A DNA stretch of 64,000 bases from a virus (Duplodnaviria; Caudoviricetes). The stretch is from the IMG/VR virus record IMGVR_UViG_3300014205_000183; one strand, given 5' to 3'. The notes under the pieces are model-generated. The model was given only the letters and a program-made list of their open reading frames with translations, was not told the DNA's origin and searched no databases. This document shows positions 10,596-20,963 of the stretch, in pieces. Each line of letters begins with the position of its first letter. Positions within the stretch are counted from its first letter, which is position 1. Made by a program: the position numbers and the translations under genes.

Positions 10596-11074
10596 TATAA
10601 AACTCCTATAGTCGTTTGTACATCTGAGTTACTCTTCAAAGCCATCTGCACTCTACTGATCGAAGGGTTTGTATCATCATCCACCACAGTCAATTTAGAC
10701 ATGGTTGCAATCATGTCATCAGGTGACAAATTTTGAGCCACTGCCTGCGCGTCGATAAAAGATTTCATTGCCATTATGCCCATTGTTATATCCAAAAATA
10801 AACCCACACGTCTAACTATCACATCCTTCTCACCGATGAGGTCATAAACAGTAGTGCCATAACCGTTGTCCTGTTTCTCTGTGAATATGCATTTGAGAGA
10901 TCCTTGCACCACTGCCTCTTGCTTAGTAATAGTTTTAAGTGCACCATTTCCGTCAAGGTCCCAGTCGCAGTATCGCCAATCTCCTTGCTCCGGGTCACCA
11001 TCCCCAAATTGTATATCCAAGGGGTTCTGTTTCTCGTAGTTCACAAGTTGAAAAATAAGTTTTGATGTTGCCAT
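10595..11074 (-). CDS. gp25/W-like baseplate wedge (sheath initiator)
   Basis: 159 aa, DWDLDGNG.L..I...Q...KCIFTE...YGT.VYDLIG. Lies immediately upstream of baseplate J. Confidence 0.75.
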   Translation of the reverse strand: MATSKLIFQLVNYEKQNPLDIQFGDGDPEQGDWRYCDWDLDGNGALKTITKQEAVVQGSLKCIFTEKQDNGYGTTVYDLIGEKDVIVRRVGLFLDITMGIMAMKSFIDAQAVAQNLSPDDMIATMSKLTVVDDDTNPSISRVQMALKSNSDVQTTIGVL

Positions 11075-11078
11075 AGTT

Positions 11079-11690
11079 CTACCTATATGTTACGGTTCCA
11101 GCACCCGCTCCCGCAAAAATTGCGGTCGGACTGCCGACGGTACCCGCGCAAGCTGGTACAGTTATAACTCCCGCTGTAAGACCTAACAAAACAAAAGTCT
11201 GCATTACACCCCAGGCATCCTCTATTGTGGCTGGTTTAGTAGCCAACATCTGTGCCTTAGCTGCATTACCTTGTGCTGCCATAGCCGCAAATACTGTCGC
11301 CCCAGCACCTGTTAGAGTCCCAACACTGGAAGGGTCCCACGCTGTTATACTGGATACTATTGGTAATGCGGCCAATACCAAAAAGATAGCACTGAGATCT
11401 CCTATGGCCACAGTCTGAGCCAGCAACTGTGTCTTTATAGTCGCAGCAGGTGGCCATGTCAACTCCACGGTCGCAGGTCCTGCATAAGGTACTGCTGCGG
11501 CAGGCGGGACAGTGAGCGCACCTGTAGCCGTGCATATAACTGTCCGATTATCTGCATTATCGAGGTATTCAAAAATACCATCGGCCAAGGCGCCCATAGC
11601 AGTATCTCGCTGCTGGGAAGCGTCTACATTGGGCCAGTCGATTGTACTCATCATATCCAGTACACAGTCTTTAAAACTTTTAGCTGCCAT
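11079..11690 (-). CDS. Baseplate structural protein (spike-associated)
   Basis: 203 aa, Ala/Gly rich, between spike and gp25-like genes. Confidence 0.5.
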   Translation of the reverse strand: MAAKSFKDCVLDMMSTIDWPNVDASQQRDTAMGALADGIFEYLDNADNRTVICTATGALTVPPAAAVPYAGPATVELTWPPAATIKTQLLAQTVAIGDLSAIFLVLAALPIVSSITAWDPSSVGTLTGAGATVFAAMAAQGNAAKAQMLATKPATIEDAWGVMQTFVLLGLTAGVITVPACAGTVGSPTAIFAGAGAGTVTYR

Positions 11691-11693
11691 ATG

Positions 11694-13268
11694 TTAGGTC
11701 CCCATTACTTTCTTACCAATGTGGGGCGCTCCGCTGAAGATGCAATTTGGGATTGCACAGAAGGGACCTTCTCCTGGAGTTGGGGCAGCAGTACCAGCAA
11801 CGGTAAGATTGCCACCTGTTATAGTAACATCCGCAGAATCTATTATCGCTGATGTCTTGGCAGTAATGATTGCTTTGTCTGTAGATATAGACACTTCTGT
11901 GTTAGAGGTCAGTGTCACATTTTCAGCAACCAGGGATATGTCTGAGCTATCGGCCACAATGGAGACGCCTTCACCACCAGTTACTTTTATGTCTAGTGTT
12001 TTTTTAGAATCAATAGATAGGGTGCCATCGGGCAAGGCGGTTATCTTAAGGTTATAATCGGACGCAGTGCCACCACCAGCCTTGAGGAAAAACTCGGTTG
12101 TACCATCTGCAAGCACAGACGCTCGCATGAGACTGCCTGTAGTATCATCATATGTTGCCTTAACCTGAAACACAGTGTTGCCCTTAACAGATATAAGAGT
12201 GTCCCCTCCTATGCGAGCATTAATATGGCGCGGAACAAACAATTTCATATCACCTTGATCCGTTATGGTTTTAACAAAACCATACTTATCACCTACCGTG
12301 TTCTGTCTCTCTTGATGAGTAGCATATATCTTTTCGGTAGCAGGTAATTTCTCACCGTCAGTATCTGCCTGATACTTACGAATAACGATGGGTTGGAATT
12401 TCCACTTATCAAAGCGAGGAAGAATACCGCGAGTAACCGTCCTGTTTGGGTCAGGGTCTCCTTCTACTTTTAACTCTTTCTTGACCAATCTGTATTGTAC
12501 TAGATTTATTGGCTTAGGAGCCATTAGTTCAGCAATATCAGTAGGCTTGGATTCATCATTCTCTATAAGCTCATAATAAGAATCTTGATCCGCAACTTTT
12601 TTAAGTGCAGAGACATCATCCTGACCCGTGTCTGTTTTCCCGTGTGTCACTAAATATTCATTGCCGGGATTACGAGTCAACATAATAAGACGCCCGAACT
12701 TGTCATAAAAAGTTTCTGCACCTGGATTTCTTATGACGCTGTCGCTATTTTGGTCAAATTTACCATCATTATCTGGAGAAGATGCGGGATTATCAAATTG
12801 ATTATCGGCAAAAGGAAAATCCCCTGTAGCTCCTGGTGTTGAGGCCATAGCACTTCTAATGATGCGCTCACCAGGGTCTAACAATTGATTCAATCCGAAT
12901 AGTTGCTTATCATAAAAATCCAAAGTTGTTCCTTCGAGGATGACGGGTATTTGGTTATTCTTACGATTAAGCCAGGTAACAGTAACTCGTTCACCGTAGG
13001 GGAGGCAGCGTTGGTCTTGTGCACCAGTATTTCCTATCTGGCACAAGTGCGCCACATCGGATATTGTTAACCCACGGTCCAATTGCACCGTGTATAATCC
13101 CATCCAAATATATTGTCCCTTATCACCTTCTGGGCCATTAACTTTGGCGGCGTCAAGTGCGGGTGTTAAACCAGGGAAATTCTGTTTAGCACGACCTCGG
13201 ATGGTACCTTCTTCAAAGGTGATGTCAGAGGCTACTAAGTTATCAGAAAACGCTTGTGTTTGACTCAT
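11694..13268 (-). CDS. Baseplate central spike (gpV/gp5-like)
   Basis: N-terminal OB-like segment (LPYGERVTVTW..PVIL), then C-terminal beta-helix repeats ending GPFCAIPNCIFSGAPH (Cys/His tip). Confidence 0.75.
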   Translation of the reverse strand: MSQTQAFSDNLVASDITFEEGTIRGRAKQNFPGLTPALDAAKVNGPEGDKGQYIWMGLYTVQLDRGLTISDVAHLCQIGNTGAQDQRCLPYGERVTVTWLNRKNNQIPVILEGTTLDFYDKQLFGLNQLLDPGERIIRSAMASTPGATGDFPFADNQFDNPASSPDNDGKFDQNSDSVIRNPGAETFYDKFGRLIMLTRNPGNEYLVTHGKTDTGQDDVSALKKVADQDSYYELIENDESKPTDIAELMAPKPINLVQYRLVKKELKVEGDPDPNRTVTRGILPRFDKWKFQPIVIRKYQADTDGEKLPATEKIYATHQERQNTVGDKYGFVKTITDQGDMKLFVPRHINARIGGDTLISVKGNTVFQVKATYDDTTGSLMRASVLADGTTEFFLKAGGGTASDYNLKITALPDGTLSIDSKKTLDIKVTGGEGVSIVADSSDISLVAENVTLTSNTEVSISTDKAIITAKTSAIIDSADVTITGGNLTVAGTAAPTPGEGPFCAIPNCIFSGAPHIGKKVMGT

Positions 13269-13271
13269 ATA

Positions 13272-15692
13272 TTATGCGGCATTAGTACCGCCTCCTGAGT
13301 AATTTTCAGAACTGTTACCTTGCACAGTTTTATTCATTCCGTTAGCATCTTTAGCCTGTATTTTTTCAAGCACATTTATGCCGTCCGGTCCAAAGAATAA
13401 ATCAGGTTCTGTAAATAAAGATAACCAGGGTACTTCTAAGGTCTTATGCATTGGATGCCCGTATTCTAACTTAAGAGTAGTTAGATGCGATCCGCCCGGG
13501 GTCCAGCTATTAGTAATACCCTCTACAATATATGATTTCATTCTGATCGGATTAATGATTGTCCTACCTAATTGTAAATCAGGGCGCTGATTAAGAGTCA
13601 TAGTTCCTGTATCTGCAAGGGCGTTAATCCTCTCAAGTATGGCTGCTGCTTGATATGATAACACCTTAGACCCTGTTTCTCGCGAAGGCCAGGTTACGTT
13701 AAACAAAGTCTGTACCTGGGTTCGTCGAACACCCAGCTTTGCTAATTTGTCGTAATCAGCTACAGCTACCGCGTGCATGGCCTGAGATGAGTTTACGACA
13801 TCTGTAGCTACTGTGATATATTCAAACATTGAATCAGATACCACAACAGTAACTAATGCGGCTTCGTTTAATGAAGATGAAAAAGATTGGAAGTCATCAG
13901 GAGAAAGTACATAATTTTTACCATGATATTGCAAAGTAGTCCACAGTAGTCTATTATCATCATCTAAATTCTGTTTACCTTGTTTCTCAGCTTTTAGTAT
14001 ATATGTGACTAAAGGTTGCACGTTCATACTTTTTAATTCCGTCATTGCTCCGGTGGTGTCTGCTGCGCCTACTATAGGTGAACAAGGGTAATTCAATACG
14101 TAATCTGATGGTTTGGTGGAATCAACAGATTTGCCCGGTCTGAGTATAAAAATGCTGGTGTTAGTTAACCCTCCGTTTAGTTTTATTAAATCATCTACTG
14201 TAATGTTATTAGCAGCTGCAAACTTAGCCTTAGTCTGCCCTTTCAAAACAGGGGCTGTTTTAGGTTCTTTTAAACCTGTTGACGGTTTGGCTTTAGCCTT
14301 GTCATCAGCTGTCTTTGCTAATTCGTGCAATATCATAGTTGAAGAGCTACGCCCACCATATTTATCAAGATTAGGAAAAGCATTGGGTCGTGCTAACTCA
14401 ATTATCAAATTACCATTAGCATCAAAATACTTATAGGCCATCATTTTAGCCACAATATCATTGAGTATTTGATCCGCAGACTTCAAAGAATCTTTATACA
14501 GTGCAAGTGAGTTATTAAGTACTTTATGAATAAATATCTGGTCAAATTTCATTAGTAGCGGGTCAACAAAGATTTTCTTTGTTCCCCGAATACAGGTGCC
14601 TCGACAAAGATCATTATCAGGCACACACATATAGTGTTTTATTGTGAGGTCATCATCTTTTTCTTTTAAGAAATCTTCTGGTTTTAAGGCATATGGTTCC
14701 TCGGAGTCGCTACGTTGGACAGACCCTCGACGACCAGAAATACCATAATAGGGATATGCGGCGGTACCGTCAGCGTTTTTGGCCTGTGTATCAAATTTAA
14801 AAGCACTAACACCTACATTTTTAAAAATAGCTTGATTACGGTCATCAAGTCTCCACATATCCTGCGCCCTACTTATAACTGCCTCTATTATACTCTGTAC
14901 AGAAGTAAAGCTGTCAAAAATGTTAGCAAATGGTGCGTACTTGGCGGAGTCTGTATTGGCTTCTGTAGAATACACAAAATTACGTAAATTAGAATTCTGC
15001 TCAGCTGTGGATAATCTGTTCCAACCACTAACCACTGATACATTATCAAGTAAACAGCTTAAATCCCGACAGTTTATAGTAACACTCTGGTCACCAGTCT
15101 TATTATAATTTTCTGCTATTTGAGTTGTTAAACCCGTGAACCCAGCATACCAAAAACCATCTTGTCCCAGAAAGTCCACAAAAATAGGGTCAAATAAATC
15201 AAGACTTATCAAAGAGGCCATTAACTTACTCTTCCAAACTTGATACATTGTATTCTTATCTTTACCATCCATCACATCACCACGCGAGCGACCATAATTT
15301 TTAAAATTAGCCGAGGCTACAGGATGTACCATGGAATCCATACCTTCAGATAACACGACATCATTCCATAATCCTTTAAAAGTAGCCCCCAAATTATCCA
15401 TACCTGTTAATCGCTGCATATAACTTAATGCAAATGTGTTGGTGGTTGCACCTCCCGTAGAAGCAGTCTCTACCCCTGTAATGTCATCACTGGATAAGTA
15501 ACGAAGTAAACAACTCTTGTAATTAGGAAACGCAACGCTAGCGGTGCCATTAACAGATCTGGAAAGATTAGTATTGACGTTACGAAAACCAGTTAGCTCC
15601 ACGAATACACGCTTACCCGGCCCGTATGAGGGGTCTTTTATATAAGCCAATACTCGGGCTTTAGGAGCTTCACGTTCACGTAAACCAGACAT
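13272..15692 (-). CDS. Baseplate hub (gp27/GpD-like) with a LysM-like insertion
   Basis: Hub-type motifs: FTGLTTQIAENY..SVTINCRD near the start and GTMTL..RPDLQLG..YIVEGITNSW..TTLKLEYG at the end. VLKGQTKAKFAAANNITVDDLIKLN resembles LysM. Confidence 0.75.
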   Translation of the reverse strand: MSGLREREAPKARVLAYIKDPSYGPGKRVFVELTGFRNVNTNLSRSVNGTASVAFPNYKSCLLRYLSSDDITGVETASTGGATTNTFALSYMQRLTGMDNLGATFKGLWNDVVLSEGMDSMVHPVASANFKNYGRSRGDVMDGKDKNTMYQVWKSKLMASLISLDLFDPIFVDFLGQDGFWYAGFTGLTTQIAENYNKTGDQSVTINCRDLSCLLDNVSVVSGWNRLSTAEQNSNLRNFVYSTEANTDSAKYAPFANIFDSFTSVQSIIEAVISRAQDMWRLDDRNQAIFKNVGVSAFKFDTQAKNADGTAAYPYYGISGRRGSVQRSDSEEPYALKPEDFLKEKDDDLTIKHYMCVPDNDLCRGTCIRGTKKIFVDPLLMKFDQIFIHKVLNNSLALYKDSLKSADQILNDIVAKMMAYKYFDANGNLIIELARPNAFPNLDKYGGRSSSTMILHELAKTADDKAKAKPSTGLKEPKTAPVLKGQTKAKFAAANNITVDDLIKLNGGLTNTSIFILRPGKSVDSTKPSDYVLNYPCSPIVGAADTTGAMTELKSMNVQPLVTYILKAEKQGKQNLDDDNRLLWTTLQYHGKNYVLSPDDFQSFSSSLNEAALVTVVVSDSMFEYITVATDVVNSSQAMHAVAVADYDKLAKLGVRRTQVQTLFNVTWPSRETGSKVLSYQAAAILERINALADTGTMTLNQRPDLQLGRTIINPIRMKSYIVEGITNSWTPGGSHLTTLKLEYGHPMHKTLEVPWLSLFTEPDLFFGPDGINVLEKIQAKDANGMNKTVQGNSSENYSGGGTNAA

Positions 15693-16481
15693 TTATTTCT
15701 TAGCCTCCTTTGACTTACCTTCAAAATCCTGGGCAAATGATCTACCATATCGGTCAAACATAGCATTAAAGAAAGTGGTATAATCATATGCCGACAAAGT
15801 GTGTAACATTAAATCAGGATATAGTTTAAAAGCCATATCATAATTGATAACCCAGGGGTTATTAGCATCGAGAGAATACCCAAAGCTGACAAACTTGCCA
15901 ATATATAAATCCATATCATACATTAAAACAATATCACTGTTGATTTCCGTATAGAACTTTTCCAACTGTCTAAATTTAATCCATGCCGAGGATAACTTAG
16001 GGTATCGAGAAAGTGTTTCACGAGGAAGGGCGGATTCAGACCCCATGGCCACCATAAACTCTCGCGGTAATGTACAACCTGATATACCTTTAAAAGACAA
16101 ATTAGAAGCGGCATTACGGTAGGTATTGACGATGGTTAAATCTGACGTCTCTTCCACTACCTGTAACTTGGTATGTGAGAAATTAACATTCTGCGGGTTG
16201 AGCAGGAATTTGTAATACCAATATTGCCCGCCAATAAACAAAGCCTCAGCCACCAGAGCCTCTAAATAAGGTGTGACAGATTGTGCAGCCGAAGTGAGAG
16301 CATTGGCTGCTAGAGCTTTAGCTATAAAAGCCAGGGCGCCTAATTTGTTATTTTTACCAGGGACATTATTCTGCCCTATCATTAAAGTTGAAAAGGGAAT
16401 AATCGTAGCAATGTGCATATTCGCAAATAAATCTCGGCCAAAATCTCCGCTGTTATGCAAATTATTTTTAAAGTTACTCAT
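15693..16481 (-). CDS. Tail tube initiator / baseplate distal protein
   Basis: FLLNPQNVNFSH...LSFKGISG...YIGKFVSFGYSLDANNPWVINYDMAF. Directly after the tape measure gene. Confidence 0.65.
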   Translation of the reverse strand: MSNFKNNLHNSGDFGRDLFANMHIATIIPFSTLMIGQNNVPGKNNKLGALAFIAKALAANALTSAAQSVTPYLEALVAEALFIGGQYWYYKFLLNPQNVNFSHTKLQVVEETSDLTIVNTYRNAASNLSFKGISGCTLPREFMVAMGSESALPRETLSRYPKLSSAWIKFRQLEKFYTEINSDIVLMYDMDLYIGKFVSFGYSLDANNPWVINYDMAFKLYPDLMLHTLSAYDYTTFFNAMFDRYGRSFAQDFEGKSKEAKK

Positions 16482-16510
16482 TCCCTATCCTTGTTACACA
16501 AAGTGTATTA

Positions 16511-19186
16511 CTATTTTATTTTAGCATTTCTCTTAACAGGGGCATTCTCATTGGTTATCACAACTGCACCTGTTTCAGCACCCTTTAACAGTTTATTCAC
16601 AGCCTTCTCAAAATTAGATGTTGATTTTCCAAAGCTGCTATAAGCAGTTGCTAAGTCCTTTTCACTGCTTTTGGCATCCATAGTGGGGAGTTTACCGCTA
16701 GTTAAGAAACCCATACCTGTTTCCCTGCCTTCACCGACACCTTTTATAGTTGTGCCTATAGCGGGACCCATCTTAGATAGTATGTATTGAAATTGAGGAT
16801 CGTTAACATCCGTTGTCCCCGCAGCCCCGCCGACCATCTCCATGATCATATCGCGCTGTGCGCCTGTGATCTTTTCAGCCATGCCTTTATAAAAGTCTTT
16901 ACTTTTACCTTTACCAAATGCAGACTCCAGAGCGCCTGATACTTTACCACCGCTTGCAGCGTGCATAATATCGGGTAATAAGATATCAATACCAGCACCT
17001 ACACCAGCTTTATCAAACGCAGCTCCTAGCTCTCCACCTGTGCCTATTAGACTTTGATGCATCATCGCACGCATGCCTTCAGAAGCTCCGGCAGGGCCTT
17101 TTAGTAACTCGTTAAAGGAGTCTACTGCTAACGTACCGTCTTTCATGTATTTATTGAAAGACATGAACATAGCGACACCTTCGGTTTGTTCACGCCCATA
17201 AAAATTCATAGTCTTAGCTGAGTTGGTTAAAAAACCTGTCAACTCTTCAAAACGAACATTGGTGCTTTCAATCACATGCGATAGCCCAACCAACATGTCA
17301 GATACTTGCGCACCACTGGACATGTAAACATCTCGTTGGGTTTTGGTTATGCTTGTAACATCCGCAATAGAGACCTTATGTTCTTCTATTAGCCGGCCAA
17401 AAGTCAACATTGATTTAGTGCCCATAGTCACCGCTTCTGTCTGAGACATATATGGAGTGAGGCTGTTAGCAATCTCTAATGACCAGCCTGTTAATTTAGT
17501 AGCGGCGACATCTGTAACTCCTTGAATACTAAGCATACTCTTTATAAAACCTTCAGACCCTTTTTGACTCATATCATACGTGGTACGCAATTGTTGATGC
17601 GTTTTTATTAAATCAGCCTCGGATAATTGTCCAGCCGCTATTTCTTTAGAAAAGTTAGTCACCACTTCAGTACCTTCTTTATATGCTGCATCTGCATTAC
17701 CATGAATTGCCAACATATCAGTACCTATTTTTCTAGCAGCACCTGCAAATATGTTTCCATCAAAGTCTAATTTTTTACCTAGTTTACTAAATTCAATAGC
17801 AAAATCTTGTGCCTCTTTTGGTGACTGTTTGAGTCTCAAAGTCAAATCATCAATGGAAGATGTTAAGATACCCACATCATAAGCACCATTCATGACCCCC
17901 TCAGTAAAACCACTTACGGCTTCGACGGCCTTCTTATGGGCTTCTGAATAAGAATTTGAACTCTTTAGTAAATTTGGTACCAATTTTTCTGCGAAACGAG
18001 CTACATCCCCGGTTGTTTTATCTCCGGCACCTTTGGCCATCTCAGGGATACTCTTAGATATATCACCCAAATCACGACCTTGGGTGACTCCTTCCATGAT
18101 ATATTTATATAAGTCCTCTTTTTTAAAATTACCTGAGTAGACCTGCTTTTGTAAGGCTACCTGAAGCATGGAAACCACCATATCTCCGGTATCTCCTACA
18201 TCTTGCCTTTTACCTGATTTGTCTTTCACATAAGGGGCTATTTGTGCTGTTAATGCCATTACATCTTTTGTAAACGAGACGTCTAATTTCTCCGTATTTT
18301 GAATGTACTCAGCCTGATTGGTAATTTCTTTTACTCTTTCTGCGGAACCGGCGGCATCTAGCATACCTCCACCACTATTTCTTAAGCGTATTAGATTGGC
18401 TTCTTGTGCAGCCAGTTCCCCAACGCTCATTCCTGCTTTTTCTGCCCGTTCAGCTAATCCATCTAAGGATTTACCAAGTTGATCACCGCGAATACCGCCG
18501 ATACTGGTTAAGGTACTTACGGCTTTACGAGTCTCGGCTTCGTCTACTCCTAAGAACATTTTATTCATCTTAGCTGTCCAGCCGATATTTAGGGAATCTC
18601 CCATAGAGATCTGTCCCTCTGCACCGCCTGCGCGTTCCATCTTCTCATAGTCTCGATAGGTGCCATATACAGCCTTTGCAGCTGCACCGGTGACCGCCGC
18701 GATAGCAGCTACCTCTGGGCCTAACATTTTTAAACCACTACTTATTAAACTACTGGGGTCACTAATTGCTTTGGTTGCGGTAGCCGCAGTACCTTGTATA
18801 CTTGCTACTCGAGTAGCTTCTTCCTGTTCCTGTTTCTTACGGTCAGACGCTATTCGTGCCTGTTCCTGATCTTTCTGAATAAGCTCATTTTTCTTAGCAA
18901 TATGCTCGGATAAGATGCCTGTTAATTCCCGGTTGCTATTCAACATCTCTCTCGTTGTTGTATTGGCAGCCATCATAAGCGTATTGTACATGGCCATGGC
19001 ATCTAGCGATTTTTGATTAGCCTGTGCCATTGAATTCAACTGGTCATTAGTCTTAGCTAATGTATCTCCGGTTTTCTCCGTATACAGCGAAACTTCCACC
19101 ATAGAATCCAACATGGCCTGCATATACTTTGCAGAATCCGCTGATCCCGCTATATCCATACTGCCTATAGAATTAGCGATGTCCAT
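16511..19186 (-). CDS. Tape measure protein
   Basis: 891 aa, helical and Ala/Gly/Met rich, following the tube and chaperone genes. Confidence 0.85.
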   Translation of the reverse strand: MDIANSIGSMDIAGSADSAKYMQAMLDSMVEVSLYTEKTGDTLAKTNDQLNSMAQANQKSLDAMAMYNTLMMAANTTTREMLNSNRELTGILSEHIAKKNELIQKDQEQARIASDRKKQEQEEATRVASIQGTAATATKAISDPSSLISSGLKMLGPEVAAIAAVTGAAAKAVYGTYRDYEKMERAGGAEGQISMGDSLNIGWTAKMNKMFLGVDEAETRKAVSTLTSIGGIRGDQLGKSLDGLAERAEKAGMSVGELAAQEANLIRLRNSGGGMLDAAGSAERVKEITNQAEYIQNTEKLDVSFTKDVMALTAQIAPYVKDKSGKRQDVGDTGDMVVSMLQVALQKQVYSGNFKKEDLYKYIMEGVTQGRDLGDISKSIPEMAKGAGDKTTGDVARFAEKLVPNLLKSSNSYSEAHKKAVEAVSGFTEGVMNGAYDVGILTSSIDDLTLRLKQSPKEAQDFAIEFSKLGKKLDFDGNIFAGAARKIGTDMLAIHGNADAAYKEGTEVVTNFSKEIAAGQLSEADLIKTHQQLRTTYDMSQKGSEGFIKSMLSIQGVTDVAATKLTGWSLEIANSLTPYMSQTEAVTMGTKSMLTFGRLIEEHKVSIADVTSITKTQRDVYMSSGAQVSDMLVGLSHVIESTNVRFEELTGFLTNSAKTMNFYGREQTEGVAMFMSFNKYMKDGTLAVDSFNELLKGPAGASEGMRAMMHQSLIGTGGELGAAFDKAGVGAGIDILLPDIMHAASGGKVSGALESAFGKGKSKDFYKGMAEKITGAQRDMIMEMVGGAAGTTDVNDPQFQYILSKMGPAIGTTIKGVGEGRETGMGFLTSGKLPTMDAKSSEKDLATAYSSFGKSTSNFEKAVNKLLKGAETGAVVITNENAPVKRNAKIK

Positions 19187-19613
19187 GAGGTTCCTTAAGA
19201 ATTTGTTTGATTTGAGTTAACGCCCCTGCGGATGGTGGTTGATATTCCTTAATAGCAGACTCATATTTTTCACGACCATCTGTAGACATGTTTTTAGCAT
19301 ATTCAGGATCTTGCATTTTATTTTCTTGCTCTTGCTTTAGAATCTTATGAGCATCTGAAGGATTGGCTAAAAAACCAATACGGTCAGCTGTTGATTTTAG
19401 AATATTAGTAAGTCGTAAGCTGTCCATACCTTCTTCAGCGCTAACCACCTTGTAGTACATCATACGCCGAAAAGGGTTCCTAAGCTCCCTTCTGAAACCC
19501 TCATCAAATAAACTATTATAACCCAGAGCCTTCATCACCTTAAACTGCATAACCAAATCCTCTGTATTAAGAGAGGTAAGTGGTAACTCTGTATTATAAG
19601 ACGATGCTTGCAT
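19173..19613 (-). CDS. Tail assembly chaperone, downstream part (lambda gpT-like; probably made as a -1 frameshift fusion)
   Basis: Lies between the chaperone and tape measure genes, in the -1 frame relative to the upstream gene. No clear SD before the ATG. Confidence 0.7.
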   Translation of the reverse strand: MQASSYNTELPLTSLNTEDLVMQFKVMKALGYNSLFDEGFRRELRNPFRRMMYYKVVSAEEGMDSLRLTNILKSTADRIGFLANPSDAHKILKQEQENKMQDPEYAKNMSTDGREKYESAIKEYQPPSAGALTQIKQILKEPHGHR

Positions 19614-19615
19614 AA

Positions 19616-20302
19616 TTATAAACTCTGTTTTGGGCTGGCGGCTACAGGGTCTTTAGATGGGCTTTCTGATTTCTTACCTTCTACAGCACCAATAATAGTG
19701 TCCTCTATGGCCTGCACTTGTTGCTTCTGATTATTAGTGGCATTAGCAAACACTGCTTCATGGTCAGTCTGACTACCGCCAGCGGTTTCGGTAGATTTCC
19801 TAAAATCTTTTGGCATAGTATCATTAAGTACATCCGACAACTGCTGAACCGCCTTGTACATCGTGGCATCACGCTCAAGCTCAATCTGCTCATATAGGGC
19901 ATTAAGTATTTCTACTTGTTTATCCGCCATACGATTCAGTATCAACCACAACTCTCGTTGAGTAACCACATCCTCTTTATCCTCATAAGAACGCTTGTCA
20001 ATCTTTTGAATAGCTTTGTGCAGCTTTAGTCGGCGCATTAATCTTATACGTAATAGAGGATCATTGGCATAATTAGATGTTCTGCGCAGAATGTCGATAT
20101 AATCTTCATCCCACAATAAGGCCATCTCAACCTTGTATACACGCCCATCAACACCACATAATTTAACTGTTTTTTGTAATTGACCGTAGTTTACAAGTTG
20201 AAGAAGCTCTGACTCCTGAAGTTTTACATCGTCTTCAGGAGTCAGATCAAATAATATGTCTGGTTGAGTTCGGTTTCCACCTGATGCAGTTGTTCCTGCC
20301 AT
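19616..20302 (-). CDS. Tail assembly chaperone (lambda gpG-like position)
   Basis: 228 aa between tube and tape measure, AAGGA RBS. Confidence 0.7.
   Translation of the reverse strand: MAGTTASGGNRTQPDILFDLTPEDDVKLQESELLQLVNYGQLQKTVKLCGVDGRVYKVEMALLWDEDYIDILRRTSNYANDPLLRIRLMRRLKLHKAIQKIDKRSYEDKEDVVTQRELWLILNRMADKQVEILNALYEQIELERDATMYKAVQQLSDVLNDTMPKDFRKSTETAGGSQTDHEAVFANATNNQKQQVQAIEDTIIGAVEGKKSESPSKDPVAASPKQSL
19628..19634 (-). promoter_or_regulatory. Putative -1 ribosomal slippery site C CCA AAA
   Basis: An in-phase X XXY YYZ heptamer 4 codons before the chaperone stop. The -1 frame reads ACA GAG TTT ATA ATT ATG straight into the downstream ORF. Confidence 0.7.
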
Positions 20303-20349
20303 AGTTCATCCTTTTGCTACAAATTGTTCAGTTGACTCTAGGTCAATGC

Positions 20350-20928
20350 TTATGAATTAGCACTGGCAACATAACCAACAGAAATACTACCACTATCTGA
20401 CACCGCCGCTGCTGACAATTGAATAGGCACATTCATTGACGCTAAAGTACAGTTTTTGTATACTCCAACAATTGTGCCTGTGGCATTGTTATCAGTAAGA
20501 GGTATACCTGCATTATAGGCGTGACGCACCACGATATCAAATGGTGTATTCTGTTGGTCTAAGGTCATCAATAGACCTATCCCAGACAGACGACCACCAG
20601 AAGGACCTACTGCTGCATTTTTTGCCGCAAATGCTGCACCAAACTCTGTAGCTCTGGCAGCATCTGATGCTGAATATACATAAAATCCAGCGTACTGTAG
20701 GGTGATAGCATCAGGGGTGACGGTCGTGTCCACGGCGATACCCGCATCCACACTATTCAGGTGGCGAATCTGAGTCACTGTACGTGTGTGACCCAGAGTT
20801 AGTGAACTAATAAACCCAATAAGGGTCGTGTCAAGGAAGATGTCGAAGCAGGTGCTCATCGCCACGTGGCGACTTGCACTTTGCGGAACTCCTCCAAGTT
20901 TGTTAAGGTCTGTAATTATTCCAGCCAT
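20350..20928 (-). CDS. Tail tube protein
   Basis: 192 aa following the sheath. IGFISSL...PFDIVV...YKNCTLASMNVPI...VSDSGSI matches myovirus tube patterns. Confidence 0.85.
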   Translation of the reverse strand: MAGIITDLNKLGGVPQSASRHVAMSTCFDIFLDTTLIGFISSLTLGHTRTVTQIRHLNSVDAGIAVDTTVTPDAITLQYAGFYVYSASDAARATEFGAAFAAKNAAVGPSGGRLSGIGLLMTLDQQNTPFDIVVRHAYNAGIPLTDNNATGTIVGVYKNCTLASMNVPIQLSAAAVSDSGSISVGYVASANS

Positions 20929-20963
20929 TGTATGAATCTCCTTAAAATTGGTTTTTGTTTACA

